A DNA stretch of 64,000 nucleotides, taken from the NCBI GenBank assembly GCA_041649475.1, contig JBAZNA010000001.1, positions 197,022 to 261,021 of the forward strand, given 5' to 3'. Source of the DNA: Patescibacteria group bacterium. GTDB lineage: Bacteria > Patescibacteriota > Patescibacteriia > Magasanikbacterales > GWA2-37-8. Position 1 is the stretch's first letter, and each line of letters begins with the position of its first letter. Both the position numbers and the translations under genes were made by a program. The notes beneath the pieces are model-generated. The model had not been told where the DNA came from. It saw only the letters and a program-made list of their open reading frames with translations, and searched no databases. Shown piece after piece: positions 18,412 through 26,804 of this stretch.

Positions 18412-19713
18412 TTAGGTAACTTTACATGTTTTTTCATAAAGATCAAGAAAAATATCCTCCGGGTCAGTTTTCTTTTTAACCGCGTAATAATTATCTTTGT
18501 TCCAGGTTTTCCAAAAGTCATCTTCCGAATAATAGTTGGTGGAAATCAAGGTTTTGATGCCGCCAATAGCCATCAATTCTTCCTCAAACATTTTGTAATA
18601 GTTTTTGTCCGGCCGTTTTGGCAGTCCGTAGATGGCCAGATCTAAAAACAACTCGTCTTTCATTTTTTCAAAAAATTCTCCGGAAATCCATTCATAATGC
18701 CGGGCAATTTTATAAGGCACGCACCATAAAGGGAAAAAATTTATCTCTTTTTCATACCATTTCATAAAATTTTCACCTTCAGAAAACGGGATGAAGGTGT
18801 CAACCGTTACTGGTATCTTATCAGCCGGGATAACTTTGCGAAATTTTTGCACCAGTTTTAATAAGCTTGAAGAATTAATAAATTTACCAAAAAACAAACG
18901 TCCCAGAAATGATTTTGGGGTGACATTGGTCACACCTTTGTCATAGCGGAAAAAATAATCAATGGTTTTAAGATAATCTTCTTTTCGTATTTTTGTGCTT
19001 TTATAATATACCCTCATCCAGTCATAACTGTGGGTGTAGGGCGCCGTGTCAACAAAATTTCCTGTACTTAATACTAACTCGGTGGGGGAATGGATTATAC
19101 CATCCATAAAATCAACATCTTTTTTGGTGTAGTGATCCCAGATGGTAGCTTTATACTCCTTAATATCCACACATTTTTGATAAGTGACTTTAACAAACGG
19201 CTTGGCCGGAACCAATCTGAATTTGAGTTTAGCCAGAAGGCCCAAAGTGCCAAAGGTGCCGTGTATCATTTGAAATAATAAACTGTTGTCATTATCCGGA
19301 GAGCAGGTCAGAACCTCGCCTTGCGCGGTAATAATCTCATATTCCAGACAAGTGTCGTGGAAACCCCCATATTTGTATGACATTGATTCTAATGAACAGC
19401 CGGAAACCGCGCCACCGATGGTAATTGTTTTCAGTTCCGGTACAACAATCGGCACCAGGCCATATTTCAGAGTGGCTGTTGCCAAATCTACAAAAGTTAC
19501 GCCTGATTCGGCAACACAAGTCCGCGCATCAGGGTCAATACTGATAATTTCATTTAAATCACTGATGTCAATTTCTTCATTCCAGTATTTCTGTTCTTCA
19601 GGTTTGGGCACTACATGAGAAACCGCTTTCTTTTTAAATAATACCGGCTTGCCGTTTTTGTGCGCTTTCAGCTGTCCGGCAATTCTTTCAATTTTTTGTG
19701 CATGAGTTATCAT
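18412..19713 (-). CDS. FAD-binding oxidoreductase (FAD-linked oxidase, PCMH-type FAD-binding domain)
   Basis: 433 aa with an N-terminal FAD_binding_4-like region (IISIDPDARTCVAESGVTFVDL, TIGGAVSG) in host-like composition. Confidence 0.7.
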   Translation of the reverse strand: MITHAQKIERIAGQLKAHKNGKPVLFKKKAVSHVVPKPEEQKYWNEEIDISDLNEIISIDPDARTCVAESGVTFVDLATATLKYGLVPIVVPELKTITIGGAVSGCSLESMSYKYGGFHDTCLEYEIITAQGEVLTCSPDNDNSLLFQMIHGTFGTLGLLAKLKFRLVPAKPFVKVTYQKCVDIKEYKATIWDHYTKKDVDFMDGIIHSPTELVLSTGNFVDTAPYTHSYDWMRVYYKSTKIRKEDYLKTIDYFFRYDKGVTNVTPKSFLGRLFFGKFINSSSLLKLVQKFRKVIPADKIPVTVDTFIPFSEGENFMKWYEKEINFFPLWCVPYKIARHYEWISGEFFEKMKDELFLDLAIYGLPKRPDKNYYKMFEEELMAIGGIKTLISTNYYSEDDFWKTWNKDNYYAVKKKTDPEDIFLDLYEKTCKVT

Positions 19714-19878
19714 ATTTTTGATAACTTATCTTAGCAAAATTTTTCATTCTTAGCAAACTATAGGGAAGTTATCCACATCTCCTCAAAAAAAGTACGAAAT
19801 GTGCTATAATATACATAATTAATTAATTGCCGGGGTACTTGATTTTTTTAAGTATCCGCTGGCTATAGCAAGATACAT

Positions 19879-21693
19879 ATGAAAACATTTAAAATGTTTT
19901 CTGGAGTTGTAGGAATTTTTTTATTTATTCTTCTCGGTCTGGCCGGACCAAACACCGCGTATGCGGCAATAGCAACGTCTCCCAATCTTGGAGATGCAGC
20001 TAGTTTTTCAGTTTTGGCCGGTTTATCAATGAGCGCCGCCGGCGCCGGCACTACAATTTCCGGTGATTTGGGCCTAAGCCCAGGTCTTGAGACCTCAAAA
20101 ACCGGGCCTTGGACAGTGGGGGGATCACAATATTTTGGTACAACTGGTTTGTCCGCGACTGCTCAAGGGGCTGCTTTAATTGCTTATGGTAACCTGGCAG
20201 GTCAAACAACCAGCGGGGTGTGGGGTACAACCCCATGGACTCCGGTGCCGGGTGTGTGGACTTCAGCCAGTGATAAAACGTTTACCGGAACGATCTATCT
20301 TAACGGCACTTACGATGATGTTTGGGTTTTTCAGGTTGGGGGTGACTTTACGTTCAGTGGTTCAATTGTTTTGCAAGGCAATGCCCAGGCCTGTCATGTG
20401 TTTTGGCAGGTTGGCAGCAGTGCGACCATCGGTTCAGACAGTACTTTTGTCGGAACACTCATTGCGCAAACTTCTGTCACGCTGGTCTCTGGTGCAACTG
20501 TTAATGGCAGAATTATAGCTCTCAATGGTTCTTTAACAACAGACGGAAATAATATTTCCGGACCAACATGTGCGACTGCGCCTGTAGTTGCAACACCCGT
20601 ATCCGGTGGCCAGCGTTATGGAACGATTAGTGTTGTTAAAACAGTCATCAACGACAATGGCGGAACCAAGACCGTTGCTGATTTTCCACTGTTCGTTAAT
20701 GGCACAGCCGTTGTTTCTGGTCAGACCAACGTTTTCCCCGCGCCTGCCGGTGTGTATTCTATTACCGAAACCTCTGATCCTAATTACACCCAGACATTTT
20801 CCGGTGATTGCAACTCCACCGGGCATCTGGATCTTAATGTTGGCAATACCGCGGTCTGTATAATTACAAATGATGACATTGGCGCGCCGGTAGTTGTTCC
20901 GCCCGTACCACCACTCATTGATGTGATAAAAGTACCGGATCCTTTGGCTTTGCCGGCTGGTCCAGGTCCGGTGGCATACACCTACACGCTCCGTAATATT
21001 GGAACGGTTCCAGTAACCGACCTAACGATGGTTGGCGATACTTGTAGTCCAATAAATCTTATTTCCGGCGACACAAATGGCGATTCAAAGCTTGATATGG
21101 ATGAAACTTGGGTATACCGCTGTTCAACAACGCTTTCAGAAACTCACACCAACACCGTTGTCGCGACCGGATGGGCCAATGGCATCAGTGCGGTTGATAT
21201 CGCGCATGCTACGGTCGTTGTCGGCGCACCAATAATTCCACCTTTGATTCACATTACAAAAATTCCTAATCCGTTAACACTCTTGGCCGGAGGGGGAATG
21301 GTTACCTATACTAAACAAGTAACCAACCCGGGAACGGTTGCGTTAAGCAACGTCCGTGTTACTGATGATAAATGCAGTTCGGTGGTATATATTTCCGGCG
21401 ACACAAATAGCGATTCAAAGCTTGATCCAACCGAGACATGGACATATACCTGTCGGACCAGAATAACCAAAACTACGACTAACACCGCCGTGGTAACCGG
21501 TGAAGCCAATGGTCTGACTGTGAGAGATTTTGCAGTCGCCACTGTCGTTGTGACCGCGGTTGCTCCGAAATTACCAAATACCGGGGTTGCTTCCAGTGAA
21601 AATCATATTCCCTGGAATAGTATCATACTGGTTGGTGTCCTTATATTAATTTCAACTTCAACAATTGTCGTTCTAAAGAAACGCAGAATTTAA
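19879..21693 (+). CDS. LPXTG-anchored surface protein with an N-terminal ice-binding-like (DUF3494) domain and two DUF11-like repeats
   Basis: Signal peptide, then a DUF3494/IBP-like region (SFSVLAGLSMSAAGAGTTISGDLGLSPG, QACHVFWQVGSSATIG, VNGRIIALNGSLT), then two repeats of about 110 aa. The C-terminus is LPNTG followed by a hydrophobic helix and a KKRRI tail. Confidence 0.75.
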   Translation: MKTFKMFSGVVGIFLFILLGLAGPNTAYAAIATSPNLGDAASFSVLAGLSMSAAGAGTTISGDLGLSPGLETSKTGPWTVGGSQYFGTTGLSATAQGAALIAYGNLAGQTTSGVWGTTPWTPVPGVWTSASDKTFTGTIYLNGTYDDVWVFQVGGDFTFSGSIVLQGNAQACHVFWQVGSSATIGSDSTFVGTLIAQTSVTLVSGATVNGRIIALNGSLTTDGNNISGPTCATAPVVATPVSGGQRYGTISVVKTVINDNGGTKTVADFPLFVNGTAVVSGQTNVFPAPAGVYSITETSDPNYTQTFSGDCNSTGHLDLNVGNTAVCIITNDDIGAPVVVPPVPPLIDVIKVPDPLALPAGPGPVAYTYTLRNIGTVPVTDLTMVGDTCSPINLISGDTNGDSKLDMDETWVYRCSTTLSETHTNTVVATGWANGISAVDIAHATVVVGAPIIPPLIHITKIPNPLTLLAGGGMVTYTKQVTNPGTVALSNVRVTDDKCSSVVYISGDTNSDSKLDPTETWTYTCRTRITKTTTNTAVVTGEANGLTVRDFAVATVVVTAVAPKLPNTGVASSENHIPWNSIILVGVLILISTSTIVVLKKRRI

Positions 21694-21696
21694 GTT

Positions 21697-22359
21697 ATGC
21701 GTTCCGTAAGAAAATCTAGGCGATCCAAAAGTAAAAGTCCGTCAAAACGGTCCTTGTTTATCGTCAGTATTGTGGGGGTTGCATTTTTTCCGGCAACCAT
21801 TCTTTTTCCGACCCTACTTCCCGTTAGTCAAATTTCACAAATTAATCAAATCCCGCTAGGTGTAGTTGGAAATAAGTTAGCCGACGCCATCGTTTTACCG
21901 GAACAAATAAGTCCGGGAATTCCGATTCATCTCAAAATTCCGAAAATCCAGGTTGATACTGTTCTTGAACAAGTGGGCCTCCTGCCCAACGGAACAGTGG
22001 GTGTGCCGAAAGGCCCTGCTGCCGCCGGGTGGTTCAATCTTGGACCGCATCCCGGAGATATTGGCAGCGCAGTTATTGCCGGCCATTATGGTCGCTGGCA
22101 AAATGGTGCAAATTCAGTATTTAATAATTTAAATAAGTTGAGGAAAGGTGATAATTTATTCGTTGTTGATGAAAATGGAGCGACCACTACTTTTGTGGTA
22201 CGTGAAAGCCGAAAGTATGACCCGAACGCTGATGCTTCAGCTGTGTTTAGCTCCAATGACGACAAGTCACATCTTAACCTCATTACTTGTGAAGGAAGTT
22301 GGAATAAAGCTGCCAAAAGTTATTCCGGCCGGTTAGTAGTATTTGCAGATAGGCAGTAG
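21697..22359 (+). CDS. sortase (transpeptidase)
   Basis: N-terminal membrane anchor with a conserved His (VIAGHYG), the TLITC-type catalytic Cys motif (LNLITCEGSW) and a downstream Arg. It lies immediately downstream of an LPXTG substrate. Confidence 0.75.
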   Translation: MRSVRKSRRSKSKSPSKRSLFIVSIVGVAFFPATILFPTLLPVSQISQINQIPLGVVGNKLADAIVLPEQISPGIPIHLKIPKIQVDTVLEQVGLLPNGTVGVPKGPAAAGWFNLGPHPGDIGSAVIAGHYGRWQNGANSVFNNLNKLRKGDNLFVVDENGATTTFVVRESRKYDPNADASAVFSSNDDKSHLNLITCEGSWNKAAKSYSGRLVVFADRQ

Positions 22360-22368
22360 AGCTAAAGT

Positions 22369-23586
22369 ATGATTAAAAAAATTATCATTGGTTTGCTATC
22401 ATTAGCTGCGATTGGGGTTTTTGTATTCGCCGCGGTTTTTTATTATCAAAATCTGCAGGGAAACAGCGCCCCGGAGAGCAATACTATCAGTAGTGCAGCC
22501 GCAGTCGCTACCATTACCACATCGGATCCACCAAACAATCTGGGTCTTTCCCTGCCTGCCGGCATGTCGGTTAAAGTATTCGCGGAAAAGTTAAATAATC
22601 CCCGCGTCTTAAAATTAGACCCCAAAGGCAATTTAGTAGTCAGCGAATTTGCCGGCGGCCGCATAACCGTTTTAATTGATAAAAATGGTGATGGCAAAGT
22701 TGATAGCCAAAAAGTAATTTTGAAAAATTTGAACCAGCCGCATGGTTTTGAATTTTATTGTCTTAAGGGAAAATGTAAATTATACGTAGCCGAAAATGAC
22801 GCGGTTTCTGTGTATGATTACAATTCCAGCACCTTAACCGCCTCCAACCGCAAAAAAATCATTGATTTGCCTGCCGGCGGCGTACATGTGACGCGGACAT
22901 TATTAATTAAAGACAATAAATTATATATAGCCATTGGTTCCAGCTGTAATGTTTGTCATGAAAGCGATAACCACCGTGCCAAGGTTTTGGTCTCTAATTT
23001 GGATGGTTCGGGTTTAAAGGATTTCGCAACCGGCCTGCGCAATTCGGTGTTTATGGTCACCAATCCTCAAACCGGAGAAATCTGGGCCACGGAAAATGGA
23101 CGCGATTTGTTGGGTGATAATATTCCGCCTGATGAAATTAATATCTTGAAGCAAGGAAAAAATTACGGCTGGCCGATTTGTTATGGAAAAAATATTCATG
23201 ATACCGAGTTTGATAAAAATACTTATATCCGTAATCCCTGCATGGAGCCGTTTGAAACCCCAAGTTATATAAACATCCAGGCCCACAGCGCGCCTTTGGG
23301 GTTGGCTTTTGTGCCTAAAGACGGCTGGCCGCAAGCGTGGCAGGGGAGTTTGTTTGTGGCTTTTCACGGTTCCTGGAACCGTACTGTGCCCACGGGTTAT
23401 AAAATTGTCCGGTTTGATTTTAAAAGTAATGGCACGGCCGTGCAGACCGATTTTATTACTGGTTGGCTGAAGGGGGGCACTGCCTGGGGCCGGCCAGTTG
23501 ATATTTTGACCTTACCCGGTGGCATCATGTATGTGTCCGATGATACATCCAATGTGGTTTACCGGTTTACATATAAAATGTTATAA
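22369..23586 (+). CDS. PQQ-dependent sugar dehydrogenase (soluble glucose/sorbosone dehydrogenase family)
   Basis: Signal/anchor then a beta-propeller region with family motifs (ENGRDLLGDNIPPDEINILKQGKNYGWP, LGLAFVP). Confidence 0.7.
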   Translation: MIKKIIIGLLSLAAIGVFVFAAVFYYQNLQGNSAPESNTISSAAAVATITTSDPPNNLGLSLPAGMSVKVFAEKLNNPRVLKLDPKGNLVVSEFAGGRITVLIDKNGDGKVDSQKVILKNLNQPHGFEFYCLKGKCKLYVAENDAVSVYDYNSSTLTASNRKKIIDLPAGGVHVTRTLLIKDNKLYIAIGSSCNVCHESDNHRAKVLVSNLDGSGLKDFATGLRNSVFMVTNPQTGEIWATENGRDLLGDNIPPDEINILKQGKNYGWPICYGKNIHDTEFDKNTYIRNPCMEPFETPSYINIQAHSAPLGLAFVPKDGWPQAWQGSLFVAFHGSWNRTVPTGYKIVRFDFKSNGTAVQTDFITGWLKGGTAWGRPVDILTLPGGIMYVSDDTSNVVYRFTYKML

Positions 23587-23613
23587 TCTAACTAATAAAC
23601 GCCTGCAGAAGTT

Positions 23614-24366
23614 ATGAAGAAATACATAGCAATCGTATCGGTTTTGGTAGTAGCCTGTTTGGGCCTGTATCTTAATCGGGCCTATCGTCATATTTCTGTG
23701 TCTATTGGTGAAAAAAATTTAGCGAATCCGACTGTTCATCAAACCATCGTTTTACCGCCGGCCACAACCACATCAACCGCCAAAATAGTTTATGCGGCGC
23801 TGGGAGACAGCTTAACCGTCGGCGTTGGCGCGACTGCAGAGCAAAAAACATACCCATATCTTGTAGCCAAACTTTTGGCACAGGAAAAAAATATTCAAGT
23901 GACAGTTGCCAATTTAGGCATACCCGGAGCCACCAGCGCCGATGTTTTAAATCAGCAGGTGCCGCAAGCAGCAAAGCTTCACCCGGATATGGTTATATTG
24001 GCCGTTGGTATTAATGATATGTTAAACAGAGTGCCGACAGATGTGTTTGAAAAAAATATGGTTTCCATTGTTAACGGCTTGGCCGGCGCCGCTACACATA
24101 TAACTGTTATCAATATCCCGTATCTCGGGGGTAGCCAGGCATATTGGCCGCCATACAGATGCTATTTTGATTGGCAAACTAGACGTTATAATAATTTTTT
24201 AAACAAGGCGCTCGCCAATAAAAATGTTGCAGTTATTGATTTATATACCCTGACGCACGAGCAAGCGTTTAATGATAAAAATTACTATTCAGTTGACGGT
24301 TTTCATCCGTCAGATGAAGGATATCAATTTTGGAGCAATATAATTTATGGCAATCTTAATTACTGA
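23614..24366 (+). CDS. SGNH/GDSL hydrolase family protein
   Basis: Signal peptide and a GDSL block (VYAALGDSLTVGVGA), 250 aa. Confidence 0.75.
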   Translation: MKKYIAIVSVLVVACLGLYLNRAYRHISVSIGEKNLANPTVHQTIVLPPATTTSTAKIVYAALGDSLTVGVGATAEQKTYPYLVAKLLAQEKNIQVTVANLGIPGATSADVLNQQVPQAAKLHPDMVILAVGINDMLNRVPTDVFEKNMVSIVNGLAGAATHITVINIPYLGGSQAYWPPYRCYFDWQTRRYNNFLNKALANKNVAVIDLYTLTHEQAFNDKNYYSVDGFHPSDEGYQFWSNIIYGNLNY

Positions 24367-25447
24367 TGCTTTAAGACAAAATTGGGTGGTGATAACGGGG
24401 CTACTATTGGCGCTAGTGGTATCAATACGCCGCACTAAAGACGACTCTTTTTTTCCACCGCAAACCACCACCGAACTCAAAGGTTTGGCGATTTTAATGG
24501 TGGTTTTTTCTCATATTGGTTATTTTTTAGTCAGCGATCGCCAGTTTTTAGTGCCGCTCTCCAATTATGCCGGCGTGGGGGTGGATTTATTTTTGGTATT
24601 GTCCGGTTATGGTTTGGTGGTTTCGGCCTTGAAAAAACCATTATCAATCGGTCAATTCTACTCTAAACGTTTGCGCCGTATTTATATACCCGTGGCCGTG
24701 ACCGTGGCGCTTTTTGTTCTGCTTGATTTCTTTTTTCTGCACCTAACCTATCCTTTAAAAACCGTTATAGAAAATTTATTGGGATTTTTTCCGCGCGCGG
24801 ATTTATATCAGGATATTAATTCGCCTTTGTGGTATATCACACCGCTTCTGGCGTATTACCTTCTTTTTCCGCTGATTTTTTGGAAGCGCTTTCCGGCGGT
24901 GTCTGCCATTGGTATGGCTTTAGTCGGGTGGCTGTTTATAAAATACTCTCCCCAATTTCATATTGTTTCCGTGGATATGATAAAGCTGTATAAACTTCAC
25001 TTTCTGTCATTTCCACTGGGCGTAGCTTTGGGGGCGTTAAGTCCGATGTTAAGCCGTCTGCGTCTGTCGGCCGTTTGGCGCTGGCTGATAATTATTTTAT
25101 CTTTGGGCGTGTTTGCCTATACCTATTCTCATTCGTTTGTGACTGATAGTGTGTTAAGAGATGCAGTCGCCAGTTTGATGACGGTGATGGCTGTCATAGC
25201 CCTGTTTGTTTATAAAAAGATCAATTTTAAAATCCTCGCCCTGTTAGGCGTGTTTTCTTTTGAAATATATTTATTGCACTGGCCGCTTCTCTATCGCTAT
25301 AATTTTTTATACGGCAAAATTCCGGCCGGCTTGGCCACGCTTATTTATCTCGCCTTGTTTTTGGGACTGGGATTTTTATACCAAAAATTACTCTCCTTGT
25401 TCTATCCCGTTAGGCGTCAGCCGGATGTTTCCGGTAAGTCCGTTTGA
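24347..25447 (+). CDS. acyltransferase family 3 membrane protein (O-acyltransferase)
   Basis: Polytopic membrane protein carrying the AT3 signature near its N-terminus (LKGLAILMVVFSHIGYF). Confidence 0.7.
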   Translation: MAILITDALRQNWVVITGLLLALVVSIRRTKDDSFFPPQTTTELKGLAILMVVFSHIGYFLVSDRQFLVPLSNYAGVGVDLFLVLSGYGLVVSALKKPLSIGQFYSKRLRRIYIPVAVTVALFVLLDFFFLHLTYPLKTVIENLLGFFPRADLYQDINSPLWYITPLLAYYLLFPLIFWKRFPAVSAIGMALVGWLFIKYSPQFHIVSVDMIKLYKLHFLSFPLGVALGALSPMLSRLRLSAVWRWLIIILSLGVFAYTYSHSFVTDSVLRDAVASLMTVMAVIALFVYKKINFKILALLGVFSFEIYLLHWPLLYRYNFLYGKIPAGLATLIYLALFLGLGFLYQKLLSLFYPVRRQPDVSGKSV

Positions 25448-25822
25448 AGTGCCTTCTAAAGTGGCGGTAATGGTGTAATAATTTGTGCCGCTGGTTGAAC
25501 TGTAAATATAATTTCCGGACTGCGGATCTTTCGGAACTTTTCCCATATAAGCGCCGACACAGCCGGTGGCTTGCCAGCCGTCGGAGTTGAGGCAGGCCGT
25601 ATCAGTGTTTCCTAAAGCTACGTCATCGCCAATCGGGTAATGGTTTTCGTCGTTATTATAAAGTTCCAGGGCCGTGCCAATTTGTCTAAGATCGGCCAGC
25701 CGCTTGGTGTCTCGCGACGCGGATTTGGCCGTGCCGTAGACCACAATCACAATTGTTGCCAGTAGTCCGATAATAGCGATCACAATCAGTAATTCTATTA
25801 AAGTGAAACCTTTTTTGGACAT
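25388..25822 (-). CDS. type IV pilin-like protein (prepilin with N-terminal methylation motif)
   Basis: True start placed at MSKKG|FTLIELLIVIAIIGLLA, the classic class III signal with Gly at -1, Phe at +1 and Glu at +5. The ORF-track extension upstream to 26044 is rejected. Confidence 0.7.
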   Translation of the reverse strand: MSKKGFTLIELLIVIAIIGLLATIVIVVYGTAKSASRDTKRLADLRQIGTALELYNNDENHYPIGDDVALGNTDTACLNSDGWQATGCVGAYMGKVPKDPQSGNYIYSSTSGTNYYTITATLEGTSNGLTGNIRLTPNGIEQGE

Positions 25823-25865
25823 AAATGATTTTAGTTTTTTAAATTCGGTTGAATACATTATAACA

Positions 25866-25906
25866 TAAAAAAAGAGGCAATTCCACCGGCGGCAGAACTG
25901 CCTTGA
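25866..25906 (-). terminator. intrinsic terminator downstream of cassette D
   Basis: The reverse strand shows GC hairpins (ggcagttctgcc, gaggcaattgcctc region) ending in ctcttttttta. Confidence 0.5.
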
Positions 25907-25928
25907 AACCTTCTTCTGGTCTTCCTCC

Positions 25929-26282
25929 TTAGGTGTCAACCGTCTCCACCGGAGGGTTGGGCACTGTTGGCCCCCAGAGAGGGACGAATTCCGTGCTCTG
26001 GAAGTTCTTGCGACACAACTCTTCAAGACCAGGGGTATCGCCATCGTAGATGACCCGGGAGGCCGTAATCACGGCCCGATCCTGCTTGGACCCGAACCCC
26101 ATCTGGGCGGCCAAGTTGTAGGCGTTCCTAGCCGAAGGGGCTTCACCGTTTTTTTGCACTTCCGCGCGAATTGCGTCAGCAAAACGCTTGGTGAGATTGC
26201 CGCCGCGGCCAACCACAACTTTCATCAAAACCACGTCGCCTCGGAAAACGATGACCATTCCCGGAACAGCAGTCGTGGACAT
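25929..26282 (-). CDS. hypothetical protein, GC-rich cassette D (117 aa)
   Basis: The ATG is preceded by AAGGAGG-attctcc. The coding sequence is GC-rich. It has its own consensus promoter and terminator. No recognisable domain. Confidence 0.55.
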   Translation of the reverse strand: MSTTAVPGMVIVFRGDVVLMKVVVGRGGNLTKRFADAIRAEVQKNGEAPSARNAYNLAAQMGFGSKQDRAVITASRVIYDGDTPGLEELCRKNFQSTEFVPLWGPTVPNPPVETVDT

Positions 26283-26318
26283 GGAGAATCCTCCTTATCG
26301 CAAACAAAGCGATGTTCA

Positions 26319-26347
26319 ATTTTAACATGGGAATTTGCCAGTGTCAA
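26319..26347 (-). promoter_or_regulatory. near-consensus sigma70 promoter TTGACA -17- TAAAAT for cassette D
   Basis: Reverse strand: ttgaca ctggcaaattcccatgt taaaat, lying between the hup terminator and the cassette D ribosome-binding site. Confidence 0.55.
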
Positions 26348-26361
26348 GATTCGTAAATAAC

Positions 26362-26390
26362 AAAAAATCCCCTTCGCAGGGGACTTTTGT
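26362..26390 (-). terminator. intrinsic terminator of hup (cccctgcgaagggg + T6)
   Basis: Reverse strand: gtcccctgcgaaggggattttttg, starting 20 nt after the hup stop codon. Confidence 0.65.
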
Positions 26391-26407
26391 TTTTGAAATG
26401 TTAGCTA

Positions 26408-26683
26408 TTATTTCAAAGCATCCTTTAAGGCCTTACCAGCTTTGAATTTTGGTACGGTCACGGCTGGGATTTGGATCTTTTGAGAAGGATTTTGTGGGTT
26501 CACACCCTGGCGGGCAGCGCGCTTTTTAGCGCTGAAAGCGCCAAAACCTGTCAAAACAACCTCTTCGCCTTTCTTTAACATGTCAGTAATTACCTCTACC
26601 ATTGAGTTTAGAGTATCTTCTGTCTGTCTCTTTGGTAAATTTAATTTTTCGGCTATAGCTTGAGCTAAATCTGCTTTATTCAT
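26408..26683 (-). CDS. hup: DNA-binding protein HU
   Basis: 91 aa with a typical HU/IHF sequence (MNKADLAQAIAEKLNLPKRQTEDTLNSMVEVITDML...GFGAF...RNPQT-like arm). Confidence 0.85.
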   Translation of the reverse strand: MNKADLAQAIAEKLNLPKRQTEDTLNSMVEVITDMLKKGEEVVLTGFGAFSAKKRAARQGVNPQNPSQKIQIPAVTVPKFKAGKALKDALK

Positions 26684-26804
26684 AGTGTCACCCCCTTTCT
26701 TTGGGAGATAAATAACATTAGTTTACGACAAGGTGTATTCTATCACATCTACACTATTTTGCCTATATTAAGCAAAACTAGTTGTCCACAGGTCAAAGAA
26801 CGCC

